DNA of 64,000 bases from the human T2T-CHM13v2.0 reference genome, Homo sapiens. The notes beneath the pieces were generated by a model, which ran no database searches, was not told where the DNA came from, and saw only the letters and a program-made list of their open reading frames with translations. The DNA lies in assembly GCF_009914755.1 (NCBI RefSeq), contig NC_060936.1, one strand, 5' to 3'. Below are positions 12,170 through 24,060 of this stretch, piece after piece; position 1 is the stretch's first letter; every line of letters starts with the position of its first letter. The position numbers and the translations under genes were made by a program.

Positions 12170-14328
12170 TTTGAAGATCAGGATTAGGGTAGCTTGATTT
12201 AAATGTCCTAAAATTGCATCTGTTTTTAGACCTAGTGATGGGACAGCCATAATATAATCTAAATATCAGTTATTTCCAAAATTCTTTCTGTTTCCATCTC
12301 TTCTCCTTATCTCTTTTCTCTATACTTTGCCTCTCAAAAATCTCATTCAATACATTGGTTTTAAACATTACCTTATATATTATCCCCAAATCTCTGTTGG
12401 TAGTCCGATGTTTGCTCCCAAAATCTGGACCTACATCTCATATTCCCCCAGGTTAGTGGTCATTCCTGCCCTTGCCATTATTACTTCTTTCTCCCTATAT
12501 ATCTTTAATAAATTTTCTATAATATATGTTCTGGAGTATGCCATAATCGTTACATTTTGAAAACACATAGTATTACTTCTTGAGTATTTGCTAGATGCCA
12601 GGCTTCACAAGTAAAATGCTTCACGTGCTTTTAAACACCTGAATCTGAAAACACCCCTTGAGATAGGGATTTTATCTCAGTTTTCTAAGTGACAAACACT
12701 GAAGTGCAGAGAAGTTGCTTTGGCCACTAAGAGGTAGAAACAGGGTCTGATTCTCCATGTCAGGTTCCTTCCCTGAGAAAACTTTGGCCTGGTAGATAAT
12801 GGACCTGAAAACAAAAAATCTTGAAATGATGCAACAGTTGTGGGCATTGCTGTGCTGGACACTGGCTATTATATAAGGTTCCGAGAAGAAAGGCCGCTCA
12901 CAGGGAGCTAATCTTGAAGGGCTGGGAGGAGTTTCCTTCCATGTAGGGGAGGGCTTTTTAGGTTGAGAGAAGTATGGGTGCAGAGGCCTGGGAGGATAGC
13001 ATGAGAGAGGCTGGACGTGTGATTGGGAAGGTTTGAATTGTCCTCATCAGTCCTGCTAAGAGATGTAAAGACCATGCTGGAGAAAGAGGAAGATGAGAGT
13101 ATGAGGGAAAAACAAGAAGGTACTCAACATTTCACTACAGCTTTTTATGACCATGTTGTATGGCATGCACTAAGAGTCTTTAACCATGATTTAATTTAAC
13201 CTCACCCTTGGGAGGTATTTTTTTTTTGACGGAGATTCATTCTCCATTTGGCGATGGACAGGAAGATGAGGGTTTATTAATATGAAAAATCTACCAACAC
13301 TGGAATATATTGAAGTTAGCCTCATACAGTACTACTACTCCTATTCCAGTATTATTATTTTTATTGACAGAATAGATGCTGTTTGTGTTAAGTTTTGGAT
13401 TATGATAGGAAATGTTTGGTATAGTAAAAGGCAAGAGTGTGACATGCAGTTAGTCCAAGTACGAAGAGATACCAAAAAAAAAATGTTTAGTGAGGAGCAG
13501 AGTTTAGCATATTTGGAGTGAAGACAATGTGCGGAAGGAAAGGAGCTGATGAGATACATGTACTATAGTCGGTTGTGTGAAAGGTCTTGTTTTTCATACT
13601 AAGGATCATGAGAAGATCTTAGTAGATTCCAGCAAGGGATTTGCAAGACCACATTTGTGTTTTAGAAATATAATGCAGGCAATAAACCAGTTGGATAGAA
13701 ATTGGGGACTGTAGAGCAATTAAGCAACTGTTTTTGCATTCTAGATGAGAATGCAAAACACAATAGGAATGAAGGTGCCTTGTTCAAAAGGAGTTTTGTT
13801 CAAAAGGAATCTTCAAGATGTGTAGGAGATATTCTTAAAGGACTTGGTAATGAATTGATTTGTTGCTTGGATAGAGAATGAGAAGAGAAAGGAGGGTGGA
13901 AGAAGGAAGATGACTCAGGAGTTTCTCTTGGGTAGCTAGTGGATTATGGTATCATTGATGAAGACAGGGAACAGGAGTAGGCCAGGTTTGGGGTAACTGT
14001 GGAATATTCAGATGTTGTCTAAGAGGCATAAGAATGTATTTCAGATGTTTGGGGCAAGTTGTCTAGGCTAGAAGTACTGATTGAGACTCATGAAATTATA
14101 GTAAAGTGAACTGGGAGTTTATCTCATTTATAAAGATCTAGAGCTTGATAAGTCTAACATCTAGGGCAGTTAAGTAGTTTATCAACAAACAAACAAACAA
14201 ACAAACAAGAAAACCATGGGTCTACAAACCATTCACAGTCTTCATGTAAAAATTAATTCATGTAAAAATTAACACATTAAATGTTAAAGCAGCTCTTTAC
14301 TCAGAGCATATTATTCTCTTTAAAATAG

Positions 14329-14463
14329 GTAAAATCACCTTGCTGATATTGGATGAAGAAAGTGATATTTTCATGTTAATTTTTGATGCCATGCACTCAT
14401 TTCCAGCCAATGATGAAGTCCAGAAACTTGGATGCAAAGCTTTACATGTGCTGTTTGAGAGAG
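14329..14463 (+). CDS. LRRK2: LRRK2 exon 5 (135 nt)
   Basis: aaatag| GKITLLILDEESDIFMLIFDAMHSFPANDEVQKLGCKALHVLFER |gtattt. Confidence 0.98.
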
Positions 14464-16842
14464 GTATTTTAAAATGTCAAATTCCTTAAAGTATATATAA
14501 GAAAAAAAGGCTTATACTGGGAAAAGTAGAACACAGTTATAATAAGAAGAAGGTTTCTAAAATCCTACTATTTATTAAGAAGTGGGAGTTGTCTGTCAAG
14601 GGTGAGGAATGGGGTTAATTCAGAAGTATTGCTTGTTTTGGTGGGGTGAATTTCATTTGTGGGTTATAAATCATGCCCCTGGAGTAGACTTTCTTCAATT
14701 GCTTAACAAGGCATAAGGTTTACTTTGAAAACTGGATGTGTGGGTGCTATGAAAGAAAAAATAAAACTGTGAAGCCAAGCATAGGTTACACTGGGATTAT
14801 GATGTTGAGTCATCACCAGAAATCATAGAAATTGCATAAAGAGCCTGAAGGTTTACAAAGTGTCCTTCAGGAAAAAGACTAATATGCATTTCATAGCCTG
14901 GCCCTGAGATTGATAACTGAGATTATTATGTAATTTTAGAGTTGGTTGGAGTCCTTGTTTAGTCTTTCCATTGACCTTAGGAGGAAGTGGGTCACAGCAG
15001 TGAAGTGAGCATCCTGCCTGAGGACACAGAGCTTGTGACAGTACAGTTCAATTAGCAATTATTTTAAGAGCCCCTTTTGTATCATTATGAGAGCCAACTG
15101 TGCTAGGGGTTTAGATAAGAATGATTTATGTGGGCCCTGTGTCAGTTATCAGTTTACCAGTCTAATTTCTTGCAGTTCCCAGAATGGGATAGATCACCTG
15201 ATAACTGTTGAATTCCCTGTCTCCTCCCAGAAGGATTTTAAACAGCTTATAGATAATTATAATACACAAGAGTAAACAAAATGGATGAGAAAATAGGTGA
15301 AGGGACAATAATATAAAGCTAGATTAAGTTTACTGTGTTTCTAAGGTCCTGCATATTTACAAAGGGGTGGGCCAGAAATTTGTCTGTTTGCTTCCTATCT
15401 GACAAAGAAAAGAGGTAAATATCAGTGGTTACAAAGTTCCTTAAGATAAAAGTAAACCTATTATTCAGGAGAAGCAATTGGTCTCATGGGAGATCTGAGA
15501 AACATCTTCCCATGGGTTTTCCTGGATGAGACAATAAAGGACATACATTTTGCAAGGAATACAAAGTGTATTGCAGCGAGAGTGACTCTGTCAAAAGTCA
15601 GAATAGCATGGGCCTGGTACCCAGCTCTTTGATAATCATACACCGTGAAGTAGAAGATAGTTTACAGCGAGTACGGAATTCCTTCAGGCTGTCATGTATA
15701 AATGTTCTATCTTGCAACTAAGCTTTCGATGACAATTAGGATAAAGTTTGAGGTTCTATTGTCTTGCAGGGTCTGTAATCTTCTGTGTGGAAGGTTAGGG
15801 GCACATTCTTCTTCCTGGAAGGAGGGCTAGCATCACTTTATCACCATCGTTGTTTAGTCCATCTAAGACACTGGAGGTAGACCATAGAATGTTACAAAGA
15901 AGAATGTTGCTCAATAGAAAAACCATCAGTGCTGAGAGGGTTATGACTATAAATGTAGAGTAGAAAAATTTCTGATTTTTCCAGGAGTATCAGGTTCTCC
16001 AGGACTCAGGGGTGACTATAAAGTTAATTTTCAAAATTTGAAAGTGTACTGTGGAAACTAGACCATAAAGTGAGAAAGTTCCATGATATTCTTCACTTGT
16101 TAGGAAAACTTAACTGATTTCACATTATATTATAGGGACACTCTGGCATAAAATTAAAAAAAATGAATGTTGATCACTTAGAGTGCTGTGTTTTCTAACA
16201 TATTTCTGGCGCCATTCTCAAGCTAGATAAACTATAATTTTATACATGTTTTTCAGGTTGTTGCCCAATAACAATGACTCCAAATGGAACTTACTGGCTT
16301 GATCAAATGACTTTAATTGTGAAAATTAATGATTTATATTTTTGCTGTCTGATGGAAAACCACTAAGACAGAGTATTTCAAAGTCTGATTACTTGCCATT
16401 TGCTCAAGTTGACAACTCTTGAACTGAAACATTTAGCCGAGCTGCCCTTCAGCAGCCTACCATTAATGCCTCCCTTTTAAATATTGCAATATGTCCAGTT
16501 CCAGTTGGCCATCTTTATTAGTCACTGTCAGTTTTCTCTAGAATTTCCCAAATGAAATTGTAAATAATTTTGTTTTTCTGAGAACTGCTTGCTGACTAGC
16601 ACTTTTACATTTCAAAACATGGAGTACCTAACATAGGCCGAAACAAAATTATTTGAATCTCCGTAGCTTGTTTTCTCATTATAACATTCTTAGGAAGGGC
16701 TGCTTCACAGAAATACATTTTTTATTTAAGGAGATTACACTTGATGTATCTCACACAACTATAATGAATATTGTAATTTTTGAATAATTAAACTTTCATA
16801 TCATCTTTAAGCTTATTCAGTATTTTGTCTTTCATTTTTAAG

Positions 16843-16977
16843 TCTCAGAGGAGCAACTGACTGAATTTGTTGAGAACAAAGATTATATGATATTGTTAAG
16901 TGCGTTAACAAATTTTAAAGATGAAGAGGAAATTGTGCTTCATGTGCTGCATTGTTTACATTCCCTAGCGATTCCTT
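16843..16977 (+). CDS. LRRK2: LRRK2 exon 6 (135 nt)
   Basis: ttttaag| VSEEQLTEFVENKDYMILLSALTNFKDEEEIVLHVLHCLHSLAIP |gtaagt. Confidence 0.98.
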
Positions 16978-17803
16978 GTAAGTAGCATTTAAATGTTATT
17001 TATTTTTTGTATCTGAAAAATTACAATATATCTCATTCTGAGTATATTTTAACAATATTTTTATTATTTAGAAACTTGTGGATGCTCAACCCATTCATTC
17101 ATTTATTCATTTAATTAATTTACATTCACTGACATTATACTGAAGTTGGCTGTGGGCTTGGTGCTGGAGAAACAATCGTGGAAAATACAGATGTGTTCCT
17201 TACCTTTTCAGAGCTTGTAGTACAATGGGGGACACAGATAAGTACAGAGGTGATTACAGTGGCAGAAGTGATGGCAGATGGCAGAAGTACCTAGAGTTAG
17301 GAGATCAAATAGGAAGTGAGGCAGTGTCTCTTAGCAAAGATTTAATAAGTGGAGCTTCCTGTGCATGAAGGTGTGACCTGAAGTGAGAATGCAGGCAAAG
17401 TGGCCCAGGCAGTGGGCATGGTTAATGTAAAGATGCTGGAGCAAGAGAGAGCAGACTGCCTTCAAGAAGACAAAAGTAGCTCAGTAAAGGTGTGGGGTTA
17501 TGAGTGTGCGTGCATGCATGCGTGTGTGCCGCTGTGCATGCACATCCCCAAATATCCTATCCGTTTGTGTTTCATTGACAGAGGCAAGGGAGAGCTTGAT
17601 AAGAGGCAGTAAATGAGGCCAGAGACATGGAGTGGAGAGCATGAAGGGCCTAAAAAGCCACATGAAGGAGTTTGAATTTTATTGTGACTCTTGATTAGCA
17701 TTTTAATGAGGCTTTGAAATTTAGCCACATTTTTCACCAAAAATATTAATCAGAAGAAATTAATTTGATGTGTATGCTACCAATGATTGCTATTAGGCTA
17801 AAA

Positions 17804-17862
17804 TAATGGTTCATATTCTGTTTTGTTTTGTATTAATGGTTCATATTCTGTTTTGTTTTGTA
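17804..17862. repeat. Tandem duplication, 30-bp period
   Basis: TAATGGTTCATATTCTGTTTTGTTTTGTA at 17804-17832 and 17834-17862. Confidence 0.9.
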
Positions 17863-19085
17863 AGTGACCATTAACACTTTGTATTTTATGTATTACTTGT
17901 GTGGGTTTCTACAGGATATACATATGCATTTATCTAGTGATATTTTCATCCTCACACATGTGAAGTTTTGAGGATTAGAGTTAAACAATGTACCTGGTAT
18001 GTAATAAGTGTTCTAAAATCACTGACAGGATTATTAGACAATATGTATTTTATATGTGTGTTGTATACTATATGTAATTGCATTTATGGTTTCAGATATG
18101 GAAATCACTGTGTCAATCTGAAGGTGTGAGCCTTCGGTGTAGGCAGAGTAAAACCCAATGCCCTTGTGAAAGAATGCTTTTTTTTGGTGATGTTTATAAA
18201 ATCACAATGTTTTCTTATCCACAGGAAATTAAACACTGGAAAGTGGGTGGGGCTGAACAATAATAGAGAAAGGCCATGGTTTTACATTTCTCTGAGACAT
18301 CACTGCCAACAAACTGAATATGTTTTTCATTATACTTTTTCCTTGGCTATATTTATTCATTTATTTATTTATTTTGGGCTGGAGGTTTTTGGAATCCATT
18401 GTTTTCCACCCACATCGGACATAACTCCAGTAAAAATGTGTTGATTCATAATGCAAAAGTCAAGAAAGTAGCAGCTAAAAATTAAGAAATCAAAAGTTTT
18501 TAAAACACTGATTCTAACTGAAAAACATTTGCTTTTCAGTCTTTAAGTCTATTGTTCTGAGTCAAAGCAGTTCATTTCCTTACGTTGTTAATTTTTTTTC
18601 TATGTTTAAGCATTGTAATATACTTTTTGTGAAAACAGTTGATTAGTTTTGGTTGTGCCAAAACAAATACTAAAATGTTTTGCAAACAGCCTTTTTTTAA
18701 ACAAAAAAAGAACAGTTAACATTTGATGCAGAGATATACATGTTTTCTCCATGTAGGTTCACACCTCACTTCCTTTATTGATTAATTGCTTTTTCTGGTA
18801 GAGTCTTTCTTTCCTTTCTGTTTTACCTGTGTTTGTCCCTAAGACTTATATTTTAATATTATGCCTCCTCTCTTTCGTTCTCCCATCTTTTCTTCCACCT
18901 ATTTTGGAGCCTTCAGGAAGCTTGATTTTGCTGCCTTGTACATTGGTTGCCCTTCTGGAATGGAGGAAACAGGTCATAGCTGATTTTAACTGTTCCATCT
19001 GGTGACATATTCTTGATTTTCTTTCTTTTGGTTGGGGAAAAAAAAACAATGCAAAAGTCATTCTCCAATGGGGTTGAGCCTCGTT

Positions 19086-19164
19086 AAGAAATAGACCCTC
19101 CACAATGGTTGAACTAGTTTACAGTCCCACCAACAGTGTAAAAGTGTTCCTATTTCTCCACATC

Positions 19165-19195
<31 letters not shown>

Positions 19196-19559
19196 TAAGC
19201 AATATAACATGAGCCATATCTAATAGGACTTCAGAAATTATCTATCCTATAGTTCCAGGATGACGATGATGATGGTTGTGATAATGATGAAGATTGTGAT
19301 GATAGTTATATGGGAGATAAAACTTTAAGCACTTTACATATTAAATTCTATAATATTCACCACATCTATTAAAATATGTTACATTATTGTCCCTATTTTA
19401 CCAACAAGAAAACTGACCAACAAGATTAAACAACGTGACTAAGTTCACACAACCTGTAACAGCAGAATCTATGTCAATCACAACACAATTAGCAGCTATT
19501 TCTGTGGCAATTTTCAATAAAGATGTGTCTGGAAAAAAAAAAAAGAAATAGACCCTCCA
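19086..19559 (+). mobile_element. L1-mediated 3' transduction with 5' inversion (twin priming)
   Basis: 17-bp TSD AAGAAATAGACCCTCCA at 19086-19102 and 19543-19559; inverted L1 ORF2 piece 19103-19164; A29 at 19165-19193; non-L1 segment 19194-19532 with AATAAA at 19516-19521; second poly(A) 19533-19542. Confidence 0.9.
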
Positions 19560-19925
19560 ATTTATTTATCTGAAAACTTATGACCAATACATTACATTTC
19601 CAGACTTTCATTTTCAGTACTTTTCCTTTCATTTTCAGTACTAAAAGTACTCTGAATTTTTCCTTTTTTTGATCTTAAGGCTTTAAGCCAAGAAACAGGA
19701 ATAAAGTAAATTTTCCTTAATGCCAAAGATTAGTCCTACACCCCATTATGTTATTAATGAACAGCATAGTATTTTTTACAGCTACTTAAAGAACATGATG
19801 TTTAAATTTGGAAATGCAGTCATTATGCTGCCATCTATTTACAGTCTATATAAGACGTCTTTGTATGCATATTTGAAAGGAGAACATGGTTACCTTATTG
19901 ATAATTATGATCTCTTTAAATTCAG

Positions 19926-20057
19926 GCAATAATGTGGAAGTCCTCATGAGTGGCAATGTCAGGTGTTATAATATTGTGGTGGAAGCTATGAAAGCATTCC
20001 CTATGAGTGAAAGAATTCAAGAAGTGAGTTGCTGTTTGCTCCATAGGCTTACATTAG
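19926..20057 (+). CDS. LRRK2: LRRK2 exon 7 (132 nt)
   Basis: ttcag| CNNVEVLMSGNVRCYNIVVEAMKAFPMSERIQEVSCCLLHRLTL |gtgagt. Confidence 0.98.
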
Positions 20058-20369
20058 GTGAGTTTCTTAGTTAATATGTCATCACACACTGTATGATATA
20101 CATATACATATAAAACATATATATGTTGCATAATAATGGATAAGTAGCATATTGACATACTTTGAATGAAAATATTGTAAAATCCCAGAAAAAATAAATT
20201 AAAACAAAAAGAAAATACTGTAAATTACCAAACTGTTCTGCTGTGCTTAGATGGACTTTTAAAAGGAGTGTCAAAAATAGATGTGTAGAATGTAAAAGAA
20301 GTATTATCTTAATCTTATTTTTATAGATGTAGTTCTATAGATGAGTTTTTTTATTGTTGAGGCTATATT

Positions 20370-22790
20370 TAAAATATAATTATGTAAGAATTGATACATA
20401 CAAAAATATGCATAACATATACAATATAAAGCATAATGCAAATAACTCACTATCCAACTTAAATGTTGTATATTCCCAGTGGGGGAAGCTACCCTGGGCT
20501 TCTTCCTGCCCTTGCTTTCTCTATAGAGGTTAACACTATCCAGAATTTTGTGTTTACAAATCTTTTGTTTATAAATATGATTTACTACATTTTCATGTTT
20601 CTCTAAGCAAAATTGTTAATGTTTGCCTGCTTTTGCTTCATCAAAATGTAATCATACTGTATGTTGTCTTCTGCAATTTTCAAATATCAGTGCTATGATT
20701 ATAAGAATCAGAAATATTTTTGCATGTGGTTGCATGTAGTATTCTATTATTTGGAAATACCACAATTTATTTTTCCATTTTTCTATCCATGGACATTTGG
20801 ATTCTTTCTTATTTTATGCTACTACTATCTGTGTTAAAACAGATAACTGAAAAAGAACAGTTAACATTTGGTGCAGAGATATACATATTTTCTCCATATA
20901 TAAATAAGGGTTAATATTTTAAAAAATATTTATTTGCCATTGGTATGTCCTTCTTTGTGAAATATGCAATCTGTCATTTATCAATATTGTTCACAGGATA
21001 GTCTGTCTTTTTAAAACCGATTCATAGATTCTGGATAATAATGTTTTGGTGGTAGGTTATACGTATTGAAAATACCTTCCCTTGAACATCACACTCTGGG
21101 GACTGTTGTGGGGTGGGGGGAGGGGGGAGGGATAGCATTGGGAGATATACCTAATGCTAGATGACGAGTTAGTGGGTGCAGCGCACCAACATGGCACATG
21201 TATACATATGTAACTAACCTGAACATTGTACACATGTACCCTAAAACTTAAAGTATAATAATAATTTTAAAAAAAAGGAGATGAAGAGGTAGCTGCAGGT
21301 TGACTGAGCAAGGGTCATTGTCTATTTGAAGTTTCAAAGGTATCTCTGAAAATAAACACAGTTTTTTGCAAGAGTGAAAAAAAAAAAAAAAAGAAAATAC
21401 CTTCCCTTGACTTGTAGCATGTCTTTTCACCGTCTTTATGGTGGCTTTTGTGATATAGTTAAATTTAATAATCAGTTCCTTTGTGATTTACTCTTTTTTA
21501 TGTATCTTGTTTAAGAAATCTTAATCTGTCCTTTCCCTAAGATAATAAATATATTGTATATTTTATTCCAAATCTTACTCGTTTGTTAAACTGTTGCAGT
21601 TTGTTTTTGTAAAGAACCCAATTCCCCCTCTTTTTTTCAGTGTGGAGAGCTAGTTACCATCACAGCACAATTTATTAGAGGTTCACCTGTTTCCCAGTCA
21701 TGTGGTATATAAATATGTAAACATATATGCTTATGTTTCTGTCCTTGGCGTTCTGTTGCATTAATCTGATTTGTCTGAATCAGATTTAAATCTGATGTTA
21801 AATATAACACTATTTAAATTAATAGTTCTGTAAGTCCTGATATCTGAAAAGCTAATAGGTCAAGTCACCATACATTCTTTTTTAGGCACAGCTTGCCTTT
21901 TTTCTTGGGCCTTTACTATTCCATGCAAATTACAGGATTAACTTGTCCAGTTCCTTGGAAAACACTGTTGAGATTTTGACTGGAATTGCACAAAATATGT
22001 GGATCATTTTAAGAAGAACTGACATCTTTACATTATAATTTCTTCTATACATGTCTTGCACATCTTAGTTTTTGCTACGTATCTTATTTTTTATTATTAT
22101 TGTAAATGGTATTTCTTTTTAAATCATATTTTTGAACTGTGTTTTCATAAAGAAATGCAAATGATTTTTTGTATATTGAACTAACCTACCTTTCTAAACT
22201 CTTCGTTAATTCTGACAATTTGTTTCTAAATGCACTTAAGTTCTCTACCTAGCAATTATATAATTTGTAAATAATGACAGTCTGAGTTCTTCCTTTCTGC
22301 TTCTTATATTCTTTATTTCATTTCCTTGTCTTCTTACATGAGTCAGAATTATTAATATAGTGTTAAATAGAGCCATTGATACTAGACATCCTTGTCTTGC
22401 TCTTTTTCCTGATTTTAAACAGAATATTTTTAATATTCTCCCATCCAAAATAATGCATCTTACAAGGGTTTAAACTTTTAAAAAAAATTTTGTTAAGAAA
22501 TTTTATTTTATTTCTTCTTTGCTTTTGTTTTTTCAATGTGGGCTTTTAAATGTTTGCTTTTATTTTTACAATGTGGGCTTAAAAATATTAAAATATTTAA
22601 TTTTATCAAATATACTTAAAATGTAGTAAGTCTTTTTTTTCCTTTTCATTATGTTAATATGAAGAAATACATCTACAGGTTTTCTAATACTAAGCTACTT
22701 TGCACTTCCTGATAAATTTAACTTGGTCATTTATTAGATTTTTAAAAACACTTCTAAAAAATCTTCTCTGTTTATTTTCACATATACCAG
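20370..22790 (-). mobile_element. Highly decayed old L1 (L1M-type), fragmented
   Basis: ORF 22245-22448(-) carries RT-like remnant RQGCLVS..LFN..RQ.NEIK.I; L1-like T-rich stretches elsewhere. Boundaries approximate. Confidence 0.65.
21068..21410 (+). mobile_element. Young 5'-truncated L1 (L1PA2-like 3'UTR) with ~100-bp 3' transduction
   Basis: 18-bp TSD GAAAATACCTTCCCTTGA at 21068-21085 and 21393-21410; L1 3'UTR and tail 21086-21276; non-L1 21277-21376 with AATAAA at 21351-21356; A16 at 21377-21392. Confidence 0.9.
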
Positions 22791-23769
22791 GTGAGTTTTG
22801 GCAGCCTCTTGTTTTTTCTTTTTTACCCTTTCTTTTTTGTTAAAAACATCCTTTTATTTATTTAATGATTAATACATGGCTATTTTGTGTTTTGTATCTG
22901 ATAACTATATATAAAGTTCTGGGGAGTCTAAACCAACTGCTTCTAGGCTGACTGCCTGTCAGTTGCGGAGCCTTGTTTTCTTGTATGGTTGTGAGTTTCT
23001 CTTTTATTGAGCATCCTGAGGACTTAAATTAAAGATGCTCTTTCAGAGGTGTTTGCCAGGAGTCAGAGCACAGGACTGACCTGGGAGCAGTTTAGGATAT
23101 GATCCAGGCTTAATATGGGAGACTCTGGTTGAGACCTTACCTTGCAGAGAGTCTGAAACTGGTTTGTTGAATGCAGCGCCAGGATTCATGCTTTCCCACA
23201 AGACTACTCTGGCGTTCAACTCACAGCTCTTGTTTCAGCTTCTTTTTGAACTCCCTCTGCCCCTCAACACACACCTTGGAAATTTCCTTGATATTTTTGT
23301 GAGGACAACAATGCATTTAAAAGTGAGAGTGGTTGCTGAATAATAAGGAATGATCGTTAACTGTTGGACATTGATTCTGATGACATTTTCTCAAAAGGAT
23401 AACCAGGAATATTTTGTACAAAATTAGGATTATTATAATAGGCATTTAGTTTTTCATTGTTACAAATTTTGAGGAAAATCATTAATCATTTGAAAAAACT
23501 AATTGACATGTCTCCATTGTAGCAACTTGTATTTTCACTTCTAGTATCATGATTATATCCCCTGTGTAATTTGGAAATTGATTTTAGCATTAGGAAATTT
23601 CCTAGTTTCAGTTAAAATGAATTTTTTGTAAGCTGAATTCTATTTTACATGCACAACTTTAGTTTGTTATTTCTTTCCTTGACAAGCATTTATTGAATGT
23701 TGTTATATGACTAAAACTGTAAGATGATAATGTTTTAATATTTTCACATTTCTTTCATAGCTTCCAAAG

Positions 23770-24060
23770 TGTATATATATACTCACATACTTCATATATA
23801 TGAATCTACTTATATACTGTATATAAAAATATGTATATAAATATATACACATTGTATATAAATGTGTATATATATTTACACATGTATATAAATATACATA
23901 TTTATACACAGATGTATATAAATATACATATTTATACACAGATGTATATAAATATACAAATATAAATATATACATTTATATATAAATATACATATTTATA
24001 CACAGATGTATATAAATATACAAATATAAATATATACATTTATATATAAATATATATATT
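23770..24060. repeat. AT-rich minisatellite / VNTR candidate
   Basis: 30-bp unit ATGTATATAAATATACATATTTATACACAG twice, then a 64-bp-period unit twice. Confidence 0.85.

Noticed and set aside
17504-17529. 26-bp alternating purine-pyrimidine run (Z-DNA potential)
   Set aside because: Short, mixed with AT steps and common in introns; no context suggesting function.
23703-24060. CRISPR-like periodic array or Tyr-rich ORF
   Set aside because: Head-to-tail AT-rich minisatellite without unique spacers, in eukaryotic intronic DNA.
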